A DNA stretch of 64,000 nucleotides from Desulfomonilia bacterium (GTDB lineage Bacteria; Desulfobacterota; Desulfomonilia; UBA1062). Within the stretch, counting starts at the first letter, position 1, and each line of letters begins with the position of its first letter. The notes beneath the pieces were generated by a model, which was given only the letters and a program-made list of their open reading frames with translations, made no database searches and was not told where the DNA came from. Location: NCBI GenBank assembly GCA_963664325.2, contig CAXXDQ010000008.1, positions 96,001 through 160,000 of the forward strand. The letters run 5' to 3'. Of the stretch, positions 23,634 through 36,000 are shown piece by piece. Both the position numbers and the translations under genes were made by a program.

Positions 23634-25096
23634 ATGCGGGACGTATATATCATCGGGGCGGACACCATCAAGTTCGGCAGATATATGGATAAAAGCATCA
23701 AGGACCTGGCCGCCATGACCGCAACAGGATGTCTCAGAGATGCCGGTCTTGAACAAGGATGCAATCCAGGCCATATGGTTCTCGAACGCCGGCTGGGGAG
23801 ATAAGGGCCAGACCACAATCCGGGGCCAGGTCGCCTTGAAACCCATGGGCATTGACGGCATTCCGATCACCAATGTTGATAATGCCTGTGCAGGCGGTTC
23901 AACCGCCCTGCATAATGCCTGGCTCGGAGTGGCTGGCGGCCTGTACGACATCACACATGGCCATCGGTGCGGAAAAGCTCTATCATTCCAATAAAATGGC
24001 CGTATTCATGGGATTTCTGGGCGGGATCGACGTCGAGAATATCATTCCGATCATCAAAGAACTCTCTGCCTTCAAGCTTACCGATGCTGAAAGGGCTGTA
24101 ATGGAAAACTTCAAGCAGTGTTATCAGGACCTGCCGTCCTCCGACGGTAAAAAGAACGTGAGGCATAAGGAATCGTCCTGGAAGAAATTTCGCGACCGTT
24201 TCACGGCAGCAATAATGCTGGGAGAACGTGTAGGCTATTGACACCCATTTGGCAGCTGGTCAAAATAAGCTCTGGGGACCATTCGCCCTTCATGGATGTC
24301 TACGGCTATGCCGCGCGCCACCATATGCAGCGATATGGCTCGACAGTGGAGCAGCTGGCCATGGTGGCCTCCAAGAATCATTTCAATTCAACGCTCAATC
24401 CCAATGCTCAGTACCCGGTTCGAGGTCCCGGTGGAAAAGGTCCTGGCTGACCGCATCGTGTCCTGGCCGCTGACCCGCGCCATGTGCGCACCCATAGGCG
24501 GACGGTTCCGCTTCGGCCATCCTTTGTTCGGGCGACATGGTTAGAAGGCTTGGTTTGTCCGGACAGGCGGTTAAAAATCAGGGCCTCTATTCTGGGTTCA
24601 GGCAAAAAAACTTCATTTGATTCGGCGGAACCAGAGATCGGAGAGCGCTTGGGGCAAACAGGCTTATGATCGCGCAGGCGCCGGTCCTGGAGATATCGAT
24701 GTGGCCGAGGTCCATGACGCGACGGCCTTTGGCGAGATCCTGCCAGGCCGAGAACCTGGGATTCTGCGCAAAAGGAGAGGGGGGTATCCTGACCGAACAG
24801 GGTGCAACAAGGCTGGACGGTTCCATTCCAATCAACACAAGCGGCGTCTAATCTCTCGCGGACATCCCATCGGCGCCTCCGGCCTGGGCGCAAGGTGCAT
24901 GAACTGGTCACGCAGCTTAGTGGAAACGCAGGGAAACGGCAGGTTAAAAATGCCAGGCTGGCCCTGGCTGGAAAACGGCGGCGGGGCTCTGGGTACAGAA
25001 GAGGCGGCCATGTGCATCCATATCCTCGAGGCCCCCATCCCTCTGAACTCTGTGCGGCTTCGGCCATATGCATGTTTTGTGGATACATGTTTTTGA
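23634..25096 (+). CDS. Thiolase-family protein (SCP2-thiolase-like; frameshifted)
   Basis: [32 protein letters not shown] motifs. Confidence 0.85.
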
Positions 25097-25203
25097 AAAT
25101 ACATTTTATATACAATAAGGGAACCCGCTGATACAAAGAGTTTGCGGTTGAATCGCAGCAGGAAAAATTGAAGGGAGGGTGGCTTGGGCAAGACAATAGA
25201 AAA

Positions 25204-25980
25204 ATGATTCATCCTCATACAACACGGTTGTGCAGACATGTTCAGAAGAGGGACAGGGAAAGACAGGCGCTCTCTCTCCAGAAACTGGAGAGTGGACTTC
25301 AGTCGAAAAGACCATATATGAACGCCGCAGCGTACGCTGGTACAAAATCCGATCAGGTGCCCGAGCACCTTATCCGAAGAATACTTGAAGCAGGGCGCTT
25401 CGCACCTTCAGCCGGCAACTCGCAGCCCTGGAAATTCATAGTGATCAGGGATAAAGCCATACTGGAGGAGATGGAGCGTGATGTTCTGCGGACCTGCAAA
25501 ATCTTTCGCTTTTTCCTGGATTGGAGGAGGGCGGGCCTGATGGGCAAGGTAAACTGGTTCTACAGCCAGATTTTTATAAGGCTCCTGCCCAATGAACTTC
25601 ACCCCATACCGCTGGGGGCTATCTTCCTGATTGCGGAGGGCAAATTGAAACTGTTCCATGATGCGCCCACAGTGATCCTGATACTGAAAGACAGGCGCGG
25701 GGTCGGAAATCCCGATCTCGACTGCGGTATCTGCGGCCAGAACATGGTGCTCACCGCCAGCAGCCTGGGACTGTCAACATGCTGGGTCGGCCTGATTACC
25801 GCCCTCATGAAATCCTATGTCCGCTTCAAGTGGCTGAGGCGTCTGAACATTTCATATCCATATCAACTGGTCGAGGGTATCGCCGTAGGCTATGCCAGGG
25901 GCAATCCTAATAAGACTGTCGAGCGCGAGCTGCACGAAATTGCCTGGTATGAGAGCGGCGGGTGCACGATTACCTATTAG
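25204..25980 (+). CDS. Nitroreductase-family flavoprotein (frameshift near 5' end)
   Basis: ERRSVRWYK (alternate frame), APSAGNSQPWKF, GLSTCWVG. Confidence 0.85.
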   Translation: MIHPHTTRLCRHVQKRDRERQALSLQKLESGLQSKRPYMNAAAYAGTKSDQVPEHLIRRILEAGRFAPSAGNSQPWKFIVIRDKAILEEMERDVLRTCKIFRFFLDWRRAGLMGKVNWFYSQIFIRLLPNELHPIPLGAIFLIAEGKLKLFHDAPTVILILKDRRGVGNPDLDCGICGQNMVLTASSLGLSTCWVGLITALMKSYVRFKWLRRLNISYPYQLVEGIAVGYARGNPNKTVERELHEIAWYESGGCTITY

Positions 25981-25989
25981 GAGGAAGGA

Positions 25990-26346
25990 ATGTCCAGGAT
26001 GAACATTATCGACCGTCTCGTCATACCCACATATGATAATGTTGCATATGCCCATACCGGCCGGGTTACTATCGACCCTGCAAGGTGCAACGGATGCGGA
26101 ATGTGTGTGACCATCTGTCCCGGCAAGGCCCTCTTTATCGCAGGGCATGGTAAAGAGAAGAAGGCCCGGATGGAGCCGGATTTTCCGCAGTGCATGTCCT
26201 GCAACGACTGCGCGGCCATGTGCGACCGCGGGGCCATCTCGGTCAGCATGACCTATGATTTCGGCTACAGGTTCAAGATACTGGACCGATGTGAAATGAA
26301 GCCGCCGCGCCAATTTACCAAGATAAGCCAGGGAGCGGAAAAATGA
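25990..26346 (+). CDS. 4Fe-4S dicluster ferredoxin-like protein
   Basis: CNGCGMCVTICP and CMSCNDCAAMC. Confidence 0.9.
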   Translation: MSRMNIIDRLVIPTYDNVAYAHTGRVTIDPARCNGCGMCVTICPGKALFIAGHGKEKKARMEPDFPQCMSCNDCAAMCDRGAISVSMTYDFGYRFKILDRCEMKPPRQFTKISQGAEK

Positions 26347-28061
26347 CTGAAAACAAATTGAAAGCCGGAATTCATACGGCAAAGCTCGGCTTCAGCATTG
26401 TCCGGTCAATCGGAGCATTCCTCGTTGATGAATGGCGCCGCGGCACCCTGCTGACGAACCTCAAGGGTCTCTCGTCGCGTGATATCAGGGAGGATATGTC
26501 ATGGGCCGAACTCCTTCAGGAACGCGCATGCATCGTGCCTGACAAACCCTTTCTCCTGTACAAGAAGGAGCGTTTCACCTATGCCGGGATGGATGCCAAC
26601 GCCAATCGCATGGCCAATTATCTTCTGAGCCGCGGCGGGGGCAGGGGACTTGGCGTCGGGATCTTCATGAAGAATTCGCCGCGCTTCCTTGACGTGTTCT
26701 TCGGCGCCCAGAAAATCGGAATGTATGTAGTGACGCTCAATCCCGAACTGAAAGGCGACGGGCTCAAATATGTCATAGAACACAGCGACATCAGCTTTCT
26801 TGTCCTGGATGCCGAACTCCTGGACGGATTTACACCGGTCTCCTCAGCCGTGAATCTGAGGGGCGTGATCGTCAACGATATCGAGGAGGAGAATCAGGGT
26901 TTCGGCCTGCCAACCGGTGCAATTAGGCTCTCACAGGCCTACGGTCCCGAAGTGTCGGCTGTTAAACCTGAGGTCCAATACGACAGGAACGATATGTGCC
27001 TGATCATGTACACATCCGGAACCTCGGGCCGGCGCAAAGGGGTCGTGTACCGCTATCGCAATACCGCGGTCAAGAAGCTCTGCATCATGGGCCGCATTCT
27101 CGTGTCATCCGATGATATCTGCTATACCCCGCTGTCCCTGATCCACGGCAATGCCCTGTTCCTGACAGTGACCACGGCCCTGGCGGCCAAGGCCACCGTG
27201 GCGCTGTCGCGCAAGTTCTCGGCCAGCAGGTTCTGGGATGAGGTTCGCGAATATAACGTCACGACCTTCAACACCCTGGGGTCCATGATACCGATCCTGA
27301 TGAAACAGCCGCCACGTCCTGACGACTCAGACAACAGGGTGCGTTTTGTGCTCTCCGCCGCCTGTCCGGCCGAGATGTGGGGTCCCTTCGAGAAGCGTTT
27401 CGGCGTCAAGATATATGAGGGATACGGCGCCGTGGACGGAGGAGGCAAAGGCATAATGAACTTCGGTACTGCACCTGTTGGGTCCCTGGGGAGGCCCATG
27501 CCCGGGATCGGGACTCTGCGCATTGTCGATGTTCAGGGACTTGATGTCCCGCCGGGCGTACCCGGAGAGCTTATCTTCAAGGTCAGCGGTTCAAGCGGCA
27601 AGGTGGAGTACTACAAGGACGCTGATGCCACCAATGAGAAGGTAAATAACGGATGGCTCTATACCGGCGATCTGGTGCGTGCAGACGCAAATGGCTACCT
27701 CTACTTCGTCGGCCGTAACACGGAATCCATGCGTCACGGCGGCGAAAATGTGAGCGCCTATGAGGTCGAGCATGCTATCATGGAGCACCCGGCAGTTGAG
27801 GATGTAGCTGTGTATGCCGTACCTTCGGGTCTGGCCGAGGACGATATTATGGCCTCGATTAAACTTGTAAATAGCGCATCTGTAGGACCTGAGGAACTTA
27901 TTGCCTTTATGCAGGACAAGCTCGAACGCTTCGCAGTCCCCCGATATATACGTTTTGTGGAAGAGTTCCCCATGACCAACACGCACCGCATCATTAAGAA
28001 AGAGCTCGAAGGTATAGGAGTTACACCAGATACATATGACGCCCGGAAGGACAGGGGGTGA
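26343..28061 (+). CDS. Acyl-CoA ligase (CaiC/FadD-like)
   Basis: YTSGTSG, FSASRFWD, GWLYTGD, GENVSAYEVE. Confidence 0.9.
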   Translation: MTENKLKAGIHTAKLGFSIVRSIGAFLVDEWRRGTLLTNLKGLSSRDIREDMSWAELLQERACIVPDKPFLLYKKERFTYAGMDANANRMANYLLSRGGGRGLGVGIFMKNSPRFLDVFFGAQKIGMYVVTLNPELKGDGLKYVIEHSDISFLVLDAELLDGFTPVSSAVNLRGVIVNDIEEENQGFGLPTGAIRLSQAYGPEVSAVKPEVQYDRNDMCLIMYTSGTSGRRKGVVYRYRNTAVKKLCIMGRILVSSDDICYTPLSLIHGNALFLTVTTALAAKATVALSRKFSASRFWDEVREYNVTTFNTLGSMIPILMKQPPRPDDSDNRVRFVLSAACPAEMWGPFEKRFGVKIYEGYGAVDGGGKGIMNFGTAPVGSLGRPMPGIGTLRIVDVQGLDVPPGVPGELIFKVSGSSGKVEYYKDADATNEKVNNGWLYTGDLVRADANGYLYFVGRNTESMRHGGENVSAYEVEHAIMEHPAVEDVAVYAVPSGLAEDDIMASIKLVNSASVGPEELIAFMQDKLERFAVPRYIRFVEEFPMTNTHRIIKKELEGIGVTPDTYDARKDRG

Positions 28062-29110
28062 ATGCAGACTTTATGGAGTATAAATACTTAACCGCCAGAC
28101 AGGTTAACGCTACGCTCTGGGTAGAGATCAACAACCCGCCGGTTAATTTCCTGACCACGGACTTACTGGAGGAGCTTTACGGTCTTGTGAAAAAGGTCCG
28201 TAAGGATGCCTCAATCAGGGTCTTGATCCTCACCGGAGGCAGGGATGATTTCTACATCATGCATTTCTCAATACCAGAACTCCTATTGCTGACCATGCAC
28301 AACCGGAGGTTACTCCTGAACATACTTGTTGAATTCAGACTCACCAGGTTGCTTCTGAGCTATGCCATGACACTGATGAACTGGCTCATGGATTGTTCCC
28401 CCTGGTACGAAGATTTTGTCCTTAAACTTGCGAAACAGATAAGGGGCTATTCAACGAGCGTCTTCCTGTGGCTGCAGATGACAAGGTTCTACCATGCCGT
28501 GGAGCGCCTGAACAAGGTGACAATCGCAGCTATTAACGGCTCCTGCAACGGCGGAGGCACCGAGCTGTCTGCCTGCTTCGATTTCAGGTTCATGATAAAG
28601 GACCGGGACTACACCATCGGCCAGCCCGAATGTCTGGTGAGCATCGTACCCGGGGGCGGTGGCACCCAGCGGCTTCCGCGGCTCCTCGGCAGGGCCAAGG
28701 CCCTCGAAATGATGCTGAGGGGCCATCAACTGACTCCGGAAGTGGCCAAACAAATCGGTCTGATAACAGACATGTTCGATAAAGCGGAATTCTGCAGCAA
28801 GGTGCAGGAATTTGCTGATCTCATGAGCGTCAGGCCTCCCGTGGCCGTCGATGCGATAAAGCAATGCGTGCTCAGAGGCATGAACACAACACTGCGGCAC
28901 GGGCTCAGCATCGAACTGGCGCAGAGCGTACGCTGCCTCGATACCCGGGATACTGTCATGGCCCTGGCTGCCTACGCACAGTATATAAGTGAAAATATCG
29001 ACCCGATTGATTATCAAAACATTAAGAGCCAAGAGGTTAACGATATACTGCGCACGACCATCTATAATCTGGAACAGGCGCGAATATTCAAGGAGTTTGA
29101 AGGCAAGTGA
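28058..29110 (+). CDS. Enoyl-CoA hydratase/isomerase-family protein with long insertion
   Basis: NNPPVN, AAINGSCNGGGTE, PGGGGTQRLPRLLG. Confidence 0.88.
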   Translation: MNADFMEYKYLTARQVNATLWVEINNPPVNFLTTDLLEELYGLVKKVRKDASIRVLILTGGRDDFYIMHFSIPELLLLTMHNRRLLLNILVEFRLTRLLLSYAMTLMNWLMDCSPWYEDFVLKLAKQIRGYSTSVFLWLQMTRFYHAVERLNKVTIAAINGSCNGGGTELSACFDFRFMIKDRDYTIGQPECLVSIVPGGGGTQRLPRLLGRAKALEMMLRGHQLTPEVAKQIGLITDMFDKAEFCSKVQEFADLMSVRPPVAVDAIKQCVLRGMNTTLRHGLSIELAQSVRCLDTRDTVMALAAYAQYISENIDPIDYQNIKSQEVNDILRTTIYNLEQARIFKEFEGK

Positions 29111-29182
29111 GACCTGCATAATTCGGCAGGTATTATTCTGCATATGAATGCAGCGGGGTATGCTTACTGGAAGGGAGGAGTT

Positions 29183-30692
29183 ATGATTTTGCCAAGGGAA
29201 TCCCGATCTTTATTGAACCGCGAACCGTGTTTCGAGGACAGCTATTTGAGCCTGCAGTCCATGCCGCGACTGCCCAGAGGCATGCTGAAAGAAACAAAAG
29301 CCGCCCTTGTCCTTGCCAGGAAATTCAGTAATGAAGTTATCAGGCCCCTGGCTTTGGAGGCGGACCGCCAGACGTACGCTGACCCTGAGTACCTTCCCTG
29401 GGACCTGGTGAAAAAAGCCAATGAATGGGGATTCTACACCATGTTCATCCCGAGGCTCTTCGGTGGACAGGGGTACAATATGCCTTCATCTGCCTATGTG
29501 GTTGAGGAGCTTTCTTCGGCCTGTGTCGGTATCGCCAATGTGGCCTTCGTACACTACCTGGGCGTGGCCGGGATTCTGGCCTCCTGGAATTTTTCCCTGG
29601 CCAACAGGATATTCAGAGAGGTGGCTGAAGGGCAGAAGACCGGCAGGCCCTGTATAATCTCACTCGCCATCACCGAGCCGGGCGCAGGGACTGATGTGGA
29701 GGAGAACGAGCTGATCGACCGGGCGCGCCTGAATTGCCATGCCCAGAAGGTCAAGGGCGGATACATCGTCAACGGCAATAAGATCTTTATTTCCATGGGG
29801 CATGTTTCGACCTGGTGCTGTCTCGTAGCCTATACCGATCTGAAAAAACCATCGGAAAACACCATTGCCTTTGCTGTCAAGACCGGGATCAAGGGCTTTT
29901 CCTTCGGCAAGCACGAGGACAAGATGGGCCAGCGGGTCTGTCCCGCCAGTGAGCTGGTCTTTGAGGACTGCTTTATCCCGGATGAATTCGTACTGAGCTG
30001 TTCCAAGGATATTGAGGCTTCAGGGATGCGAACGTTGCGGGAGGTGGTGGAACAGTACATCCAGTACGTGGTTGAGGTGACCAGACCGGCGGTAGGTGCT
30101 TTCGGCACGGGTGTAGCTAGAGGGGCCTATGAAACGGCACTGAAGTTTGCCAGAGAAACCGAGGTGGACGGCAGGCTGCTAATCAATCATGAATGGGCCC
30201 AGGCCATGCTGGCCGAGATGTATAAAAATGTCGCAGTCGGCCGGCTCGGTTATGCCGAGGCCAACTATGCCAACTCTCTTGCGGGGGGGGATCTACAACA
30301 TTCTGCAGTTGAAACCTGTCTATTATTATCTGAAATATGTACCGCAGGCCATTCTTGACCGCTTGATAAGCCCGCTCTTAGGCTTGAAAATAATGCCGTG
30401 GATCATTCGCAAGCTCTTCGTGGACGGACAATCCATTAAAGAGCAGAGGCGCTGCACCGGGTGGGCTTCCCTGGCCAAGATAGTGGGGACGGATATGGGC
30501 GTTAAAAACAGCCAGATGGCCCTGGAGCTAATGGGCCAGGCCGGCCTGCGGCATGATCGCGGGGCCGAGAAAATCCTGCGGGATTCCAAACTGCTGCAGA
30601 TTTATGAGGGTTCCAATCAATTGAACCGTATCAATCTCTTTGCCAACCTCATCGGCTGTTCATATCCAGAGGTCAGGGTGTTTGAAGAATAA
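29183..30692 (+). CDS. Acyl-CoA dehydrogenase (frameshift near 30285)
   Basis: AITEPGAGTD, NGNKIFIS, KMGQR, LRDSKLLQIYEGSNQ. Confidence 0.92.
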
Positions 30693-30707
30693 ACGGGAGA
30701 AGGAAAT

Positions 30708-31833
30708 ATGTTAACGAGCATAAAATGTGAACTCAAATCGTTTGAGGACCTTGCGCACAGCTTTGCCGTCAAGGAACTCTCAGCCAACCGCGACGCCAAC
30801 GACCGCTACCCTTTCGGGCCGTTCTTTGAGACGGTATTGACCAAGGCCCATGAGGTTGGGATTCTTGGTGCAACACTCCCGGAAAGGTGCGGCGGCATCG
30901 GCCAGGACATGAGCGCCCTTTGTGTTATTCTTAAGCATATCTGCGAGGTGGATGCCAGCCCGGGAGGCATCATCTTCACAAATGCCCTGGCGCAGGAAAT
31001 CATGCTTGCAGCCGGGTCTCATGATATCCTTTCCGGCATCATGACTCAGGCAGCAGATGCCCGGTCGGCCCTGATCGCCTTCCCGGCCTTCTGTAATCCC
31101 TCGGAGACCCGGGGCACTATCGAGGCCGTTAAGTATGATGATTCTTATGTCCTCAATGGAATCCTTGAATATGTCGTCCTTGGTTCTCTGGCAGGTCATG
31201 CCCTGGTGCCGGCGCGCATTACAGGCCGGGAGGGATATTCATTCTTTCTTCTTGACCTTGCGGATGCGGGGCTTTCCGTCAGTGCCCCCATACTCAGCCT
31301 GGGCCTGCTTGCCTGCCCGGCCGTGGACATGAACATTACACGAGTCAAAGGCACGTGCATAGGCAGGGGAAGGCGGGGGCGCCGGGTATTTTGAGCTCGC
31401 TTCCGACCGCATGCACGCAGCCGCCGCTGCCATTGAGTGCGGGATCATGAAGGGTTCCTTTAAGGAAGCCCTGGCTTACAGCAGGGAACGATTCCAGGGC
31501 GGCCGGGAGATCATCAACTGGTCGAGCCTGCGCATGCTGCTTGCCGATATGGCCGTACAGGTCATGATTGCGGAGATGGTTGTGTCTGAAGCCGCCCTGG
31601 CCGTAGAACAGCAGGAACTTATGTGGGCGATATCTTCCAGGGCCGCGGCGCTGCATCTTGCAGAGCTCGCCTGCAAGCTGACAACCGACGGCATACAGGT
31701 CCTGGGCGGAAACGGCTACATGAAGGACTATGGCCAGGAGAAGCGCTTCAGGGACGCCAAACAGGCACAATCCTTCCTTGGACTGGCGCCCATGCGCAAG
31801 CTCGGGCTGGTGAGCACAATCGTCAAAGAATAA
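30708..31833 (+). CDS. Second, divergent acyl-CoA dehydrogenase-like subunit (frameshift near 31370)
   Basis: YSRERFQGG, IQVLGGNGYMKDY, RFRDAK; lacks the IYEG segment. Confidence 0.85.
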
Positions 31834-31848
31834 AAAGGAGCACAGCCT

Positions 31849-32710
31849 ATGCGCAATGCAGTCATAACAGGAGCCGCTTCGGGACTTGGACGTGAACTGG
31901 CGATAGGCCTGGCCAGGCGCGGCTGGAAAATACTCGTCGCAGATGTCAACCATGCTGGCATGGAGCAAACCCTGGCCTTGGTACGCCGGGCAGGAGGAGA
32001 GGGCGAGGTTTTTGATTGTGACGTGTCCAGGAAAGAGGATGTTGAGCGCATGGCGGACTACTGCTTTTCAACCTGGAAACGCGTCGACCTGCTGGTCAAT
32101 AACGCCGGGGTGGTAGCGGCCGGATTTACCGGCGATATCAAGCTTGAGGACTGGCACTGGTGTGTCGGCATCAATTTCTGGGGCATGCTTTACGGCTGCC
32201 ACAGCTTCATCCCGGGCATGAAGGTCCAGGGTGGTTGGACATATCATCAACATAGCCTCCTGTGGAGGGTTGTTCTCTCTGTCGGAGATGGGCCCCTATA
32301 ATGTCACGAAAGCAGCCGTCATTTCCCTGTCGGAAACCATCCGTACCGAGCTGGCACCCCATAATATAGGCGTGACTGTGGTCTGTCCAATGTTCTTCAA
32401 AACCAACCTTCTTGACAACATGCGGTATATAGATAAGTTCCAGATTGAGTTCGCACGTTGTGCCTTTGAACACGGCCGCTTGAGCGCGGAGCAAATTGCA
32501 GAGATGACCATAAAGGCTTATGAAAAGAACCGGCTCTACCTGATCCCTCAATTTACAGGGAAAATCTTCTGGATTTTAAAACGCCTGTCGCCGAGCATTT
32601 TTTATCGTGCCATAGCCTCTGCCATGAAAAAAAGTTACAGCGAGAAGCTTGCCCTCTTCATGACGCCGCATAGGTTTGATGTAGGCATAAGCAAACCCAC
32701 TGAACCCTAA
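31849..32710 (+). CDS. SDR-family oxidoreductase (frameshifted)
   Basis: TGAASGLG, NNAG, YNVTK. Confidence 0.9.
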
Positions 32711-33006
32711 CGGTAATCTTATATATGCGTCATCGAGCGCTTGATATTTTTCACCATCTTCACGATTTGCCATTTTACCAAGAAGATATATAATCTCTAA
32801 CTCCCAATAACTGAGAAAAGTATTGCCCTATAAAGACAATCTTTTTCCAACATGTACCCAGGGAGCAGAATGATAACAAAGAGATAGCATGGCATCTTTC
32901 TTGCTCGTTTACTGTCAGACAAAATTCGGGCGGAAGGGAACCGGATGGAAAATAATGACATTACCAGCGCATTTAATCTGTTGAAGGCAATCTGATCGGG
33001 GGGCCC

Positions 33007-36000
33007 ATGAAGAATTTCCTGCTTGGTATCGATCTGGGATCTGTCTCCCTCAAGATAGTCGTTATGCTCCCGGCGGGTGAGATAATTTATACCTCTTATA
33101 TCCCGACCGGAGGTTAAACCCCAGGAAGCCGCTCTTAATACCCTTAAGGACTTGCACAAATCTTTGGGAGACATCGCATTTGCCGGTATAATCGTAACAG
33201 GCAGCGGCAAGGCCCTGATTGCTGAGTGTCTCGGTTTGCCGAGCCTGAACGAGATTGTCACGCATGCACGGGCTTGCTGGGAACAGTTTCCTGATGTCGG
33301 AAGCATCATCGAGATTGGCGGACAGGATTCCAAATACATCGAGATCGCCCGGCGCGGGGACGGAAGACCGTTCATCGAGCGGCATGCCTTTAACGGCCTG
33401 TGTTCGGCAGGTACAGGGGCCTTCCTTGACCACCAGGCGCAGCGGCTGGGACTGGGCATCGAGGAGTTTTCACTCAAGGCAGCTTCTGCAGCGTATGTGC
33501 CTCCGATTGCGGGAAGATGCTCGGTCTTCGCCAAAAGCGACATGATCCACCTGCAACAGAAGGGGATAACGGGAGATGCCATATCAGCAGGACTCTGTCA
33601 TGCCCTGGCCCGCAACTATATCGCCACCCTCTGCAAGGGCAAACCTCCGGCAATACCAGTGGTCTTTCAGGGGGGCGTGGCTGCCAACCAGGGTATGCGA
33701 AGGGCTTTCGCATCGATCCTGGGCATCGGCGAGGATGAACTGATTATACCCGAACACCACAAGATTATGGGAGCCATCGGTGCCGCGCTGTTCGCACATG
33801 AACAACCGCTGGAAAAACCCATGGCACTGACTGTCGTTGATAAATGTTCTGGTTCAGGTTCCACCCCTCGAACATACAACAAAAAAACCCCGGCTGAGTT
33901 CACCAACCGGGGGAAAAGATTGAGCGGCATGCGCTTAAGGCATCCGAAAGCGCTTATCTCGGGCTGGATGTGGGTTCAGTAACCACCAAGGCAGTGCTTA
34001 TGACCGCACAAGGGGAACTCATTGCTTATGCTAACGTGCCTACCCGCTCCAATCCTATCGAGGCCGGCAGGGAAGTCCTTGTATCCATTGGCAGGGGATT
34101 CGAGAGTCCTCCCCGCATATCAGGTTTTTACGCTACAGGTTCAGGCCGCCACCTGGTCCGCGGCCTCTACGGGGTGGATGGCTGCATAGATGAAATCAGC
34201 GCCCAGGCCCGCTCAGTAAGAGAATTGAACAGGGATGTGGATACCATAATCGAGATAGGCGGCCAGGACTCCAAGTTCATCCGTCTGAAGGATGGAGAGG
34301 TGCATGACTTTGTCATGAACCGTATGTGCGCAGCAGGCACGGGCTCGTTTCTGGCTGAACAGGCCGACCGTCTGAAGGTGGATATCGAGGACGAGTTTGC
34401 TGCACTGGCTATAAAAGCTCAGGCACCGGTGAACCTGGGCACACGCTGCACCGTGTTCATGGACTCGGACCTCGTACATCATATCCAGCTGGGTAAGGAA
34501 AAACAGGACCTGTGCGCCGGCCTGGCATATTCGATTGCCCAGAACTACCTCGATATGGTGGTGCGTTCACGTCCGATCGGTACAAATGTAATCTTCCAGG
34601 GCGGAGTGGCCAGCAATGCAGCCGTGCATGCCGCCTTTGAAGCCATTCTCGAACGGCCTATCACCGTGCACCCTTATCCCACTCATTCCGGCGCCATCGG
34701 GGCCGCTCTGATCGCCAGAGATGAAATGGCCGACAGGGCCTCTTGCTTTTCCGGTTTTATGCATCTCGATCAGCATTATGCTCTGGAGAGTTTCGTCTGC
34801 AGCGAATGCGAAAATGCCTGCGAGATCAAGCGTGTGAAGTCGGAAAGGCCGGCCAGCTTTGGATCAATCTGCGGCAAATACGAGACAGTTCCCCACGGAA
34901 AAAATAGGCCTGAGTCATTGTTTTCCCTGCGTAGGAGATGGCTCTTTGACGATTATCCCGTCCGGACATCTCGGCATGCGCGCGGTGATATCGGACTGCC
35001 CTTGGGTATCGGCATGCATGAACAGCTCCCGTTCTGGAAGACCTTTTTTGCCGCCCTTGGTTTCAACCCTGTTGTCTCCGGCGCAACCACAAGGGCCATT
35101 GCTGAACAGGGGGCGCAGAAATTGCCTGTGGAAACCTGCATGTCTGTCAAGATCCTTTACGGCCATGCCCTGCATCTTGCCGGAAAGGGATACCGCCTCT
35201 TTGTACCTCATACGGCGAAACAAAAGCCCGACGGCGAGAATGAGGCCTGCTTCCTCTGCCCTTATGCCCAGGCCAGCGGCTATATCATCCGCTCAAAGAT
35301 ATGCCGTGAGACGATTATACTCTCCTATCCGGGAGATGCCGCCGATGATGGCTGGGTTCATGCCGCTTCCCGCGCCATGGCGATAGACAAACGTGAAGTG
35401 GCGGGCGCTCTTGAACAGGCGAGGGCCGCCATGCGTGAATTCAAGCGGCGTTGCCGCGCGCATGGGCAGCTGGTGCTTAAGGACCTCAGTGAGTCGCAAA
35501 AAACAGGCATCGTCATTATCGGACGGCCCTATGTACTGGGCGACAGCTACATCACCATGGACCTGTCACGCCAGCTCGAGAGGCTGGGAAACGTGCCCAT
35601 CCCCATGGATTTCCTGGATATGGACAAGATAGAAGTCCCGTCTTTCTTCGAGGACATGCACTGGTACATGGGCCGGCAGGCCCTTAAGGCCGCTGAATAT
35701 GTACGCGGCAATAAAAACCTGGCCTGTATATCGCTGACAACCTTCGGATGCGGACCTGATGCCTTCATATGCCAGTACCTGGAGTCTGTTCTGCAGCATG
35801 CCCCGCACCTTGTCCTGGAGTTCGACGAACACCGCGCCGATACGGGCATGGTAACCCGTCTTGAGGCCTTCCTGCGTACACTCGGGCCTGCCGAACGCTT
35901 CACCCGTGCGGATGTCTACCTCAACAAGGGGCCTGTTTGCAAAGACCGCTCACTGCGTGATTACCGCTATTTCATCCAGCATTTCTCCGACCATGCATAT

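Noticed and set aside
16905-25096. Programmed frameshifting, selenocysteine readthrough or mass pseudogenisation
   Set aside because: The breaks are scattered indels, often in homopolymers, in unrelated genes; sequencing error is the simpler explanation.
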